Origin: an uncultured Desulfobacterales bacterium
GTDB lineage: Bacteria; Desulfobacterota; Desulfobacteria; Desulfobacterales; JBDRRP01
Reading direction: 5' to 3'
Assembly: GCA_964446485.1 (NCBI GenBank)
Contig: CAYUOU010000001.1
Span: forward strand, 131,209 to 195,208
DNA: 64,000 nucleotides
Shown here piece after piece: positions 37,274 through 45,839 of the stretch (position 1 is the stretch's first letter; each line of letters opens with the position of its first letter). The notes beneath the pieces are model-generated. The model was given only the letters and a program-made list of their open reading frames with translations, made no database searches and had not been told where the DNA came from. The translations under genes and the position numbers were made by a program.

Positions 37274-38707
37274 ATGAGACTCACACCCATCACCATTCGC
37301 GGCCAGATCGTCATGGCGTTTTTGGTTTGCTTCGTCCTGATGGGCACCATGATCGGTGCCAACTACAGCAGCTTCCGCCGATTGTCCCGATCAATGCAGT
37401 TTTTCGATTTGGCCGAAGAATTCAACAGCACCATTTTGGAGATGCGTCGCTACGAGAAAAACTATTTTCTCTACCGCCAGGCCTTCAGCTTCGAAGAAAA
37501 CATCACCTATACCAACAAACTGCAGTTGATGCTGCACCGGGACAGCGAAAACCTGATCGGGGCCATGGGGCGGGACAACTACCAACGATTCCTCGAATAC
37601 GTGAATGAATATTCGGCCCTGATGGCAGAACTTCACAAAAAGATCTGTGCCGAAAACGCCTGCTCCGAGTTGGAAGCCCAGATCCGAGGCGTCGGCCAAA
37701 ATCTGCTCACGCTGGCCGATCAGCTGGTATCCACCGAACGAAAGACCATTTCCAGATTGTTGCAGCAGGTGGTGCCGTTGCCGCTGATCAGCCTGCTGGC
37801 CCTCGTTGCGCTGCTGGGATGGGTTGTTTTTTATATCGGCGAAAAGGTGGTCCGGCCGCTGGCACGGATCACCCGGGAATCGGAGGCTGTGGCGCAGGGT
37901 GCTTTCAATCGCATTACCCCTTACGGCGCTTCCAAGAACGAAATCCACAATCTCGTTTCGGCCGTCAATCGGATGATGATCGAATTGGAAAAACGCCAGG
38001 ATCAACTCGTGCAGTCCCGCAAGATCGCCTCCATCGGCACGCTGACCGCCGGCATCGCCCATGAAATTAACAACCCCATCAACAATCTTTCACTGATCCT
38101 GGAATCGCTCATCGAGGCGGATGAAGATATCACCCCCGAGGAGCGGGCCAAACTCTATCAGGAGGCGATGGACCAGGCCGATCGAACCAGTGAAATCGTC
38201 AAGAATCTGCTGGAATTCTCTCGCGCCAGCCATCCTCGGGTGGAGATGGTCGACATCGAGGCCCTCGTCGACAAAACCGCTCGATTGATCAGCAACGAAA
38301 TGAACCTGAATGCCATTTCATTTATCAAACAGGTGGCCCCCGACCTGCCATTGGTTCGGATGGACAAGGGGGGGCTCCAGCAGGTGCTGCTCAACTTGTT
38401 TCTTAACGCCATCCAGGCCATGGGTCGCGGTGGCGCGCTCAATGTCGTCATCGATGTCGATGAAAACCAGCACGACATCCGCATCGATGTCATCGACAAC
38501 GGTCCCGGGATCGCGCCGGAGCACATCGAGCAGATTTTCGACCCCTTCTTTACGACTAAAAAGGAGGGCATCGGCACCGGGCTTGGGCTTTCGGTCAGCT
38601 ACAACATTGTCAAGAAAAACGGTGGTCGCATGGAAGTGAAAAGTCCTCCGGGAAAGGGCGCCTGCTTTTCCATCTTCCTTCCATTTCGGGAGATCACGGA
38701 GACCTGA
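37274..38707 (+). CDS. sensor histidine kinase (periplasmic helical sensor, HAMP, HisKA, HATPase_c)
   Basis: AAGGAGG SD. Two TM helices. H-box AGIAHEINNPINN, N-box LLNLFLNAIQA, G-boxes DNGPGI and GTGLGLSVS. Confidence 0.9.
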   Translation: MRLTPITIRGQIVMAFLVCFVLMGTMIGANYSSFRRLSRSMQFFDLAEEFNSTILEMRRYEKNYFLYRQAFSFEENITYTNKLQLMLHRDSENLIGAMGRDNYQRFLEYVNEYSALMAELHKKICAENACSELEAQIRGVGQNLLTLADQLVSTERKTISRLLQQVVPLPLISLLALVALLGWVVFYIGEKVVRPLARITRESEAVAQGAFNRITPYGASKNEIHNLVSAVNRMMIELEKRQDQLVQSRKIASIGTLTAGIAHEINNPINNLSLILESLIEADEDITPEERAKLYQEAMDQADRTSEIVKNLLEFSRASHPRVEMVDIEALVDKTARLISNEMNLNAISFIKQVAPDLPLVRMDKGGLQQVLLNLFLNAIQAMGRGGALNVVIDVDENQHDIRIDVIDNGPGIAPEHIEQIFDPFFTTKKEGIGTGLGLSVSYNIVKKNGGRMEVKSPPGKGACFSIFLPFREITET

Positions 38708-38710
38708 TCC

Positions 38711-40057
38711 ATGAATCGATTCCGCATCGCCGTCATCGATGACGAGCCCATCGTCGGGCGGGAAATCAAGCGGGGCCTTGCCCGCGACGGATACACCGTT
38801 GACGCTTTCCTGGATGCTGAGACCGCGCTCGACCGGTTTGACATCCAACCCGCCGACTTGGTGGTGTGCGATCTTCGTCTCCCCGGACTGGGCGGTCTCG
38901 AGGTGCTGACCCAGGTCCGCGAGCGGTATCCAAGCACCGAAGTCATCATCATTACGGCACACAGCACCGTGGACACTGCCATTGCGGCCATCCAGGCCGG
39001 CGCGTTTCATTACATTCTTAAACCCATCAAAATGGCTGAATTGCGGATGCTGGTCCGGCGCGCACTGGACAAGGTCCAGTTGGTCCGAGAAAAGAATGCC
39101 CTCAAACAGGCCCTTTTTTCCCAGTGCCGCCCCACTGAAATGATCGGCAACAGCAAGGCCATGCGCGATATTTTCGGGGTGATCGCGAAAGTGGCGCCGC
39201 TGGATTGCAACATCATCATTCAGGGCGAAAGCGGGACCGGAAAAGAAATGGTCGCCCGTGCGTTGCATCAACGAAGCCAACGCCAAGAGGAGCCTTTTGT
39301 CTCCTTTAACTGTGGGGGCTTCACCGAAGAACTGATCGCCAACGAGCTTTTCGGCCACGAAAAGGGTGCGTTCACCGGGGCCGCCGAGACCAAAATCGGC
39401 CTGCTGGAGGCGGCAGACAAAGGCACGTTGTTTCTGGACGAAATCGGGCAGATGCCGCTCAGCATGCAGGTCAAGCTGCTCCGATTCGTCGAGGAGCGCA
39501 CCGTTTTGCGGGTCGGCGGCATCACACCGATGGCTGTTGACGTCAGAATGATCGCAGCGGCCAATCAGGATCTTAAAGAACTCGTCAAAACCGGCGTCTT
39601 CCGTGAGGACTTGTTTTATCGGCTCAATGTCGTGCGCATTTCATTGCCGCCCCTGCGTGAGCGAAAAGACGACATTCCCCTGTTCATTCGTCATTTTCTA
39701 GAAAAATACGGACGGGCTTTCGGGAAAATCATTCCCGGCATCAACGAAGAGGTGCTCGAAACACTCATCGAATACCCTTTCCCGGGCAACGTGCGGGAAC
39801 TCGAAAACATCATCGAGCGGGCAGTGGCATTGTGTGACGGTGATGAGATTGGTCAACGCGACCTTCCCTTCGATCTCCGGGAGCTTTCCATGAGTCATCT
39901 CCACCCCCAAAACCTGCCCACATTGGAAGCGGTGGAGAAAAAACATATCCGTGAAGTGCTCATCAAAACCGGCCACAAAAAGCAACTTGCCGCCGACATC
40001 CTCGCCATCCCCCGGACCACGCTCTGGCGTAAAATGAAGCGTTACGGTCTCGATTAG
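38711..40057 (+). CDS. sigma-54-dependent response regulator (NtrC/AtoC family)
   Basis: Canonical receiver (IDDE, VVCDLRLPG, ITAH, LKP). [14 protein letters not shown] and a C-terminal HTH. Starts 3 nt after the kinase stop. Confidence 0.93.
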   Translation: MNRFRIAVIDDEPIVGREIKRGLARDGYTVDAFLDAETALDRFDIQPADLVVCDLRLPGLGGLEVLTQVRERYPSTEVIIITAHSTVDTAIAAIQAGAFHYILKPIKMAELRMLVRRALDKVQLVREKNALKQALFSQCRPTEMIGNSKAMRDIFGVIAKVAPLDCNIIIQGESGTGKEMVARALHQRSQRQEEPFVSFNCGGFTEELIANELFGHEKGAFTGAAETKIGLLEAADKGTLFLDEIGQMPLSMQVKLLRFVEERTVLRVGGITPMAVDVRMIAAANQDLKELVKTGVFREDLFYRLNVVRISLPPLRERKDDIPLFIRHFLEKYGRAFGKIIPGINEEVLETLIEYPFPGNVRELENIIERAVALCDGDEIGQRDLPFDLRELSMSHLHPQNLPTLEAVEKKHIREVLIKTGHKKQLAADILAIPRTTLWRKMKRYGLD

Positions 40058-40151
40058 CCCACCGAACCAGGCCGTTCCGTATTGAAACAAGCGGTCTATC
40101 TATCCGATATCATAGTTTTAAATTCCAAGCACCTTCCATCGTTCAAGCCCC

Positions 40152-40174
40152 GGCCGTTTCAATGTGAAACGGCC
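40152..40174. promoter_or_regulatory. perfect 10-bp inverted repeat (possible activator binding site or terminator-like hairpin)
   Basis: GGCCGTTTCA-atg-TGAAACGGCC, ~60 nt upstream of the -24 element. No U-tract follows. Confidence 0.35.
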
Positions 40175-40234
40175 CCGACCCGCCCGCCGCGGACAAATTT
40201 CGGTAACATATTGAAATTAATGAGCAATCGAGAT

Positions 40235-40250
40235 TGGCACGGTTATTGGT
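40235..40250 (+). promoter_or_regulatory. candidate sigma-54 (-24/-12) promoter
   Basis: TGGCACGgttaTTGGt has correct GG-to-TTG spacing and one deviation at -12 (GG for GC). It lies 45 nt before the USP start and directly downstream of an NtrC-type activator gene. Confidence 0.45.
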
Positions 40251-40294
40251 TACGTCTCTGTTAGGCGGACACCTCTGACGGGAGGCCGGTATCG

Positions 40295-40714
40295 ATGTCG
40301 GAAAAGCGCATCCTCGTTCCATTGGAAGCCTCTGAGAAAAGCCTCACGAGCCTTCACTACGCACTGGCACTGGCCGAACGGCTGCAGGCGCACGTGTACA
40401 TCCTTCAGCACCGCATCGGCAAAGCCCGCCCAGTGTCGCAAACGTCCTGGCTGGACGCGGCGCTTTCGGATCTCATCGACAGCGCGCGCCGGGCCGGACT
40501 TAACATATCCCATCACGTCGGCACCGGTGAATGGAAGGAAGACATCGTCGGGCTGGTGACGGCAGAGGGGATTGACTTGGTGGTGTTCGGTGGCGAAGAC
40601 GATGCGTGGCAGGGACTTCTCGTTCAACTCGAACCGTTGATTCCGCCGCACATCATCCACGTCAAGCCGAAGCACCACAACAGCTATCTTGCAAAGGAGG
40701 ACGACTGTCGATGA
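40295..40714 (+). CDS. universal stress protein (UspA-like) family protein
   Basis: GGGAGG SD. 139 aa. KRILVPLEASEKS...DLVVFGG pattern of the USP fold. Confidence 0.68.
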   Translation: MSEKRILVPLEASEKSLTSLHYALALAERLQAHVYILQHRIGKARPVSQTSWLDAALSDLIDSARRAGLNISHHVGTGEWKEDIVGLVTAEGIDLVVFGGEDDAWQGLLVQLEPLIPPHIIHVKPKHHNSYLAKEDDCR

Positions 40715-42222
40715 CCATCGTAATGATTTCAAGTCTCTACCAGAGCGGAAGCGAGGAATTGGCGCAGGCCCTGGCCCGAAAGACCCAATGGCCGGTGCTT
40801 GACAGAATATCGATCCTTGAAAAAGCACGCAATATGGGCATCCGGATCGGCCGCCTTGAAACGGCCGTCGTCAAGGCACCGGGACTTCCCGAAAAATTTT
40901 CACGGGACAGGGACCTCTACCTGGCCCTGGTAACGGAAACCCTGGCCGAAAAAGCCCTCGAGGGGAACCTCATCTATCATGGGCTGGCCGGCCACCTCAT
41001 GCTGCAAGGCGTCACCCACCGGTTGCGGGTGGGGCTGACGGCACCGTTCGGTGTGCGCCTCAACCGTGCGGCGGCGGCGCTCAACGTCACGCCTGAGCGG
41101 GCGATCTCGTATCTGAAAAGCCTGGATGACGACGTCGCCCACTGGATCAAGTTCATCCACCGCGTTGAGGACCACAAGCCGGACAATTTCGACGCCATGT
41201 TCAACCTGGAGGTCATGGGGCTGGCCAATGCCGCCGACATTCTCGACGGCATGAAAAATTTACCCGAGTTCCAACCGACACAGGCCTCAAAACGGCTGCT
41301 GAAAGACACCTTGCTCTCATCCCGCGCGAAGCTGCGACTGGCCATGGACGAGCGGACCGCCCAGGCCGATCTGCAGATCCAGGCCGACAACGGCGCGCTC
41401 ACCGTCAACTATCCGCCCCAGCAAGAAGGGGTTCGTGCGCACATTCCGGTCATTCTGGAAGACCTTGAAGGATGCCGTGAAATCCGGTGCACCATGGCCG
41501 AAACCAGCATCCTGTGGGTTCAGGAACGCTTCGAACCCGAATCGGACAACTTCCGGCAGATCATTCAGCTGGCCCAGCGGTGGGGGGCGGCCGTTGAAAT
41601 GCTCCGCCTGATCCCACCGGGCGAGCTACCCGACGAGGCGATCCTCAGCGGAAACGACAACTTCGCCAGTCCGGTCTGCACCATGGACGTCGACGGCGGC
41701 GTGGAAGAAGACGATCCGGACAGACCTGGCGACGACGGCGGCCTGGACCGGACCCAGGCGGCGCTGGTGGCGCTGGGGCGCTCGGGCGGACGGCGCTCGG
41801 TGCGCGGCGGCTATGAACGGATCCTCGAAACCGCCCGCGGCGATCGGCGCTACGCACTGGTCGTCATCGGCAACATGTTTCTGTCCAAGGGGCAATCGAC
41901 CCGGACGCGGTGCACGCGGGAGCTGGCCATGAGCATCCGGGACCGACTCAAGGCGCCGGTCATCACCGAAGATGAGCTGAAAACGCGTTTCTTGTTCGGC
42001 AAGCGGCAGGCCTTCTCCCTGGTCGGCTTACTGGCGGTGGTTTTTGTGGTCTACGGCGCGGTGTTCACCCACCAGGACGCCGTGTTGGCCTTTTTAAGCG
42101 GTCCCCTTCACCAGCGGCTAAAATGGCTGTCCCCTCTGGTGCTGGTCGGTTTCGTTCCGCTACTGGCCTTCATTTACGGGGAAGTTGCAGGATTGGCGCT
42201 GAAAATCATCAATATTGACTAA
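40711..42222 (+). CDS. cytidylate-kinase-like family / USP-like membrane protein, function unknown
   Basis: ATG 40711 overlaps the upstream stop (ATGA). The N-terminal ~200 aa follow the Cytidylate_kin2 pattern with a degenerate P-loop (SLYQSGSEE). The C-terminus has two TM helices. Confidence 0.6.
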   Translation: MTIVMISSLYQSGSEELAQALARKTQWPVLDRISILEKARNMGIRIGRLETAVVKAPGLPEKFSRDRDLYLALVTETLAEKALEGNLIYHGLAGHLMLQGVTHRLRVGLTAPFGVRLNRAAAALNVTPERAISYLKSLDDDVAHWIKFIHRVEDHKPDNFDAMFNLEVMGLANAADILDGMKNLPEFQPTQASKRLLKDTLLSSRAKLRLAMDERTAQADLQIQADNGALTVNYPPQQEGVRAHIPVILEDLEGCREIRCTMAETSILWVQERFEPESDNFRQIIQLAQRWGAAVEMLRLIPPGELPDEAILSGNDNFASPVCTMDVDGGVEEDDPDRPGDDGGLDRTQAALVALGRSGGRRSVRGGYERILETARGDRRYALVVIGNMFLSKGQSTRTRCTRELAMSIRDRLKAPVITEDELKTRFLFGKRQAFSLVGLLAVVFVVYGAVFTHQDAVLAFLSGPLHQRLKWLSPLVLVGFVPLLAFIYGEVAGLALKIINID

Positions 42223-42251
42223 TTCACTCATCCAACAGCCAGGAGGAACGC

Positions 42252-43376
42252 ATGCACGAACTGATGACCATGCACTATATCGACATCAATTTGGCGACAG
42301 CCCTGCAAGCCGTATTACTGGGGTTTATCGGCGGTGTGCTCAGCGGATTTATCGGCAGCGGCGGGGCGTTTTTCATGACCCCCGGCATGATGAATTTAGG
42401 CGTCAACGGCGTGGTGGCGGTGGCCAGCAACATCACTCACAAATTCGGAAAGGCCCTGGTTGGGTCCAAAAAACATGCCGCCGCCGGTAACGTGGACAAA
42501 AAACTGGCGGCTTATATGCTCGCTACCGCAATCATCGGCATCCAGATCGCCGTGGCCATCAATAGCTTTCTTTTCAAAAGCGGGGGTGGCCACGGTGCGG
42601 GGGATAGCCCCGGCGCCAACCTCTATATCAGCCTGGTGTTTGCCTTCATTTTGTCCGCGGTGGCCATCTCCATGCTGAGAGACACCCTGAAATCCAGTGG
42701 TGCGGACGGGGAGGACGGCGGCCCCTCTCAGAAAATCGCAGAAGCCCTGGCCCGCTTGAAGCTGCCCCCTGTCATCACCTTCGGCGTGGCCGACACAAAG
42801 GTGAGCCTGTGGGTCATCATGGCCGTTGGCATCGCCACCGGATACCTTGCAGGCACCATCGGTGTCGGCGGTTTTATTGGTGTGCCGGCAATGATCTATG
42901 TGTTTGGTATCCCCACCGCGGTGGCCACCGGCACGGAGCTTTTTCTGGCCGTCTTCATGGGTGCCTTTGGCCTCCTGAGCTATGCCTACCAGGGGTTTGT
43001 GGACCTTCGCCTCACCATGCTGCTGTACCTTGGTTCGCTGGCCGGCATTCACTTAGGGGTTTATGGGGTCAAGGTAGTCAAGGAAAAATACATCCGCATG
43101 GCCACCAGCCTGATCATCCTGCTGTGCGTCTTCAGCCGCATCATCGCCATCCCCGTCTACCTCAGGCAGATGGGCCTTGTCGACTACCCGGCCGGTATCG
43201 ATGCTTACCTCAACGGTGGCAGCAAGTTCTTTCTTTTTGTCAGCGGTATCTCAGGCGTCCTGTTCATTCTCGCGCAGGTCGTCAAGGCATATCGGCAGCG
43301 AAGAAAAATTCAGAAGACCCTGCTCGTGGTGAGAACGCCCGAATGGGAGACGGCACAATCCGTCAAGGCCGCGTGA
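42252..43376 (+). CDS. TauE/SafE (TSUP) family anion permease
   Basis: AGGAGG SD. GFIGGVLSGFIGSGGAFFMTP and a second GTIGVGGFIGVPAMIY repeat are typical of the 4+4 TM TSUP family. 374 aa with a hydrophilic central loop. Confidence 0.8.
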   Translation: MHELMTMHYIDINLATALQAVLLGFIGGVLSGFIGSGGAFFMTPGMMNLGVNGVVAVASNITHKFGKALVGSKKHAAAGNVDKKLAAYMLATAIIGIQIAVAINSFLFKSGGGHGAGDSPGANLYISLVFAFILSAVAISMLRDTLKSSGADGEDGGPSQKIAEALARLKLPPVITFGVADTKVSLWVIMAVGIATGYLAGTIGVGGFIGVPAMIYVFGIPTAVATGTELFLAVFMGAFGLLSYAYQGFVDLRLTMLLYLGSLAGIHLGVYGVKVVKEKYIRMATSLIILLCVFSRIIAIPVYLRQMGLVDYPAGIDAYLNGGSKFFLFVSGISGVLFILAQVVKAYRQRRKIQKTLLVVRTPEWETAQSVKAA

Positions 43377-43433
43377 TGCCGGTAATCCGAACCGGATCCG
43401 CTTGAAAACACATCTGACATCAAGGAGAAAACC

Positions 43434-43844
43434 ATGAACGAGCGCTGCGAAATCCTCATCGTTGACGACGAACCCATCGTGGGAGATCGGTTGAAGAGCT
43501 TTCTCACCCGGGACGGCCATCAGGTAGAATCTTTTACAGACCCCACTGCGGCGTTGGCGCGTCTGGATGACAAGCATTTCGACATTCTCATCAGCGATAT
43601 CCGCATGGGGGACATCGACGGCATCCAGATCATGGAACAGGTGCTGGAAAAACGCCTTCCCATCAAGGTGATCATGATCACCGGTTATGCCACGATGGAG
43701 CTGGCGCGTGAGTCCATGACCAAGGGCGCCTTCGACTTTATTGCCAAACCGTTCAAGCTGAAGGAAATCCGCCACACCATCAAACAGGCCCTCGAATCGC
43801 TGGCGATGGAACACCGGCCAAAAGCGGCGGCAGCGTTGTCGTAA
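43434..43844 (+). CDS. single-domain response regulator (CheY-like)
   Basis: AAGGAG SD. ILIVDDE, ILISDIRMGDIDG, MITGY and AKPF key residues are all canonical. 136 aa. Confidence 0.88.
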   Translation: MNERCEILIVDDEPIVGDRLKSFLTRDGHQVESFTDPTAALARLDDKHFDILISDIRMGDIDGIQIMEQVLEKRLPIKVIMITGYATMELARESMTKGAFDFIAKPFKLKEIRHTIKQALESLAMEHRPKAAAALS

Positions 43845-43932
43845 AAAAGTTTCGCCGCCGACAGCCGCATTGCTGCATGAGACAGTACCGCGGGCAACTC
43901 GGCAGCAAGATCACAGAAACAGGAGGTGGATC

Positions 43933-44097
43933 ATGGTTGTTTATCGAAGCCCCATGGAAAAGATACTGGAACAAAATGAAAACGATACAGTCATCACCAA
44001 CGCCAGCGAACCCGGCAAGACCTTCTGGCGGAAGCTGAAGTACCGCTGGTCCATTTGGAAGAGACAGTGGCAAAAGATGCTTGGGCGATCCCAATAG
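43933..44097 (+). CDS. hypothetical 54-aa protein with Trp/Lys/Arg-rich C-terminus
   Basis: ATG 43933, 6 nt after AGGAGG. C-terminus FWRKLKYRWSIWKRQWQKMLGR. No homology recognised, so coding status is unproven. Confidence 0.3.
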   Translation: MVVYRSPMEKILEQNENDTVITNASEPGKTFWRKLKYRWSIWKRQWQKMLGRSQ

Positions 44098-44189
44098 GCC
44101 TACCGTTTATGCTTCTTTTACGGTTCATCCCAACCCCTTGGCCCCTTGTCGCTGTTAAGCCGTATCGGCGCAATCCCAGCCCCCTGCTG

Positions 44190-44738
44190 TTAGATCACCC
44201 CGCGATAAAACGCATACTTCGTGGCAAGCGGTTCGAATAAAATTTCCAGCTGGCCGGCGTGAGCGCGGCTCAGCGGTTTGAATCGGCGCCCGGTTGCAGC
44301 CAGGGTGGCCACTTCAGATGCAGCACTGCAGCCCACGATGGCCACCGTGATCCCCTTGGACATGGCATAGCGGATCAACATTGTTGCCGTCACACCAACC
44401 CTGGGCTGGACGTAGTGGCCGGCGCCGAGAATTTTCATGCCGATGACGGCCAGCCCCTTTTCCTGGGCCTTGGGCAATGTGTCGTCAAGAAACCCGCCCA
44501 GCACTCCCTCCACAGGATTCACCGGCATCATCACGGCATCCACCGGCCACCGAGTCACCGCACGGGAAAGGATGGCCGGGTCGAAATAAGTGATCCCTTC
44601 ATCCAGAGCGGCTTCTATCATCTGGCGGGCCGCATCGGCCTTGCCCGTGGTACGGAGGATCCCCTCTCCGCCCAGCCCCACCCGGGAGACCCGGATGTCC
44701 GATTTTCCAAATGCAACGGTATCGATTTCGGTTGCCAT
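44190..44738 (-). pseudogene. aldo/keto reductase remnant with large in-frame internal deletion
   Basis: 182 aa. The N-terminal AKR segment (VSRVGLGGEGILRT...GITYFD) joins directly to the C-terminal third (PAILSRAVTRWPVDAVMMPVNP...). About 110 aa are missing, including the region that normally holds the catalytic Tyr, Lys and His. Confidence 0.6.
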
Positions 44739-44767
44739 CTGCGTCCTTCCGTCAAATTAAATGCCTT

Positions 44768-45832
44768 CTATGACTGGACACGCCGCACCGCGTCGAACAA
44801 TTTCAAATTCGCCTTGTGAAACGGATACCGGTCCAGTTCCGACAGCCTCACCCAGGCATGGGCCGACGGACCGCTCCGCCGTACCCGCCCCCCATCCCAA
44901 CGGCAGGTAAAAACGGCCATCAGAATTTTGAAATGGGTATAAGCGTGACGGGCCTCGGTGAGGGGCACCGCCTGATCGACCCGGATGCCCGTTTTTTTCA
45001 TCAAGTGACGCCGACAGGCCGCCTCGGGGGGTTCACCGTTGGCAATACGCCCGCCGGGAAACTCCCACAATCCGCCGAGCAGGGCCTCGCCCGGCCGCTG
45101 CACGATGAGAATCCGATTCTTTTTGAACACCACGCCCACGGCAACATCGATCTTTGGCGTGGGCGCTTTCCGCTGCCGTTTGGGAAAATCGGCGGTGGTG
45201 CCGTTTTTGAACGCTTCGCAGTGGTCGCTGACCGGGCACCGGCGGCAACGGGGCTGACCCGGCCGGCAGGCCAGCGCCCCCAGCTCCATGATGGCCTGAT
45301 TGAAAGTGGCCGGGTCCTTGCGGTCCAGCAGGCTTTCTGCCCGTGCTTTGAACACCCGGTGGGCATCACTGCGATTCACCGGATGGCTGATCTCAAAAAG
45401 CCTTGCCAGCACCCGTTTGACGTTGCCATCCACGACGGCGTGGGGCTGGCCAAAGGCGATGCTCGTCACGGCGGAAGCGATGTAGTCCCCAATCCCCGGC
45501 AATGCACGCACCTCATCGAAAGTTTCAGGAAAGCGCCCCCCATGAACCGACATGATGCGCTGGGCTGCCTTTTGAAGATTACGCGCCCGGGAATAATAGC
45601 CGAGGCCCTCCCAATGTTTGAGCACCTGTTGCGGATCTGCTGCGGCGAGGGCGGCAATCTGGGGGAATGTGGCCATGAACCGCTGGTAATAGGGTACCAC
45701 GGTGGCCACCTGGGTCTGCTGGAGCATGACTTCAGAGATCCAGATGTCATATGGGACGGTGGTTTCGCGCCACGGCAGGCGGCGGCGATGGCGGCGGTAC
45801 CAGTTCGTGAGCGAAGCGGCAAAATCGGTCAC
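44768..45832 (-). CDS. mutY: A/G-specific adenine DNA glycosylase
   Basis: HhH-GPD core (WISEVMLQQTQV, LPGIGDYIASAV), Fe-S loop CRPGQPRCRRCPVSDHC, and a NUDIX-like C-terminal domain. GTG 45832 chosen, 8 nt after the upstream gene's stop. The track ORF extension overlaps that gene. Confidence 0.87.
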   Translation of the reverse strand: MTDFAASLTNWYRRHRRRLPWRETTVPYDIWISEVMLQQTQVATVVPYYQRFMATFPQIAALAAADPQQVLKHWEGLGYYSRARNLQKAAQRIMSVHGGRFPETFDEVRALPGIGDYIASAVTSIAFGQPHAVVDGNVKRVLARLFEISHPVNRSDAHRVFKARAESLLDRKDPATFNQAIMELGALACRPGQPRCRRCPVSDHCEAFKNGTTADFPKRQRKAPTPKIDVAVGVVFKKNRILIVQRPGEALLGGLWEFPGGRIANGEPPEAACRRHLMKKTGIRVDQAVPLTEARHAYTHFKILMAVFTCRWDGGRVRRSGPSAHAWVRLSELDRYPFHKANLKLFDAVRRVQS

Positions 45833-45839
45833 GGGCGCA

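Noticed and set aside
40606-40710. 5' extension of the 40606..42222 track ORF (and similar extensions at 45833..45973 for mutY, 16781..16834 for dsrJ, and 56463..56546 for aroK).
   Set aside because: The extensions overlap the preceding gene in another frame and add non-homologous residues. Internal starts give canonical N-termini, SD sequences or start/stop coupling.
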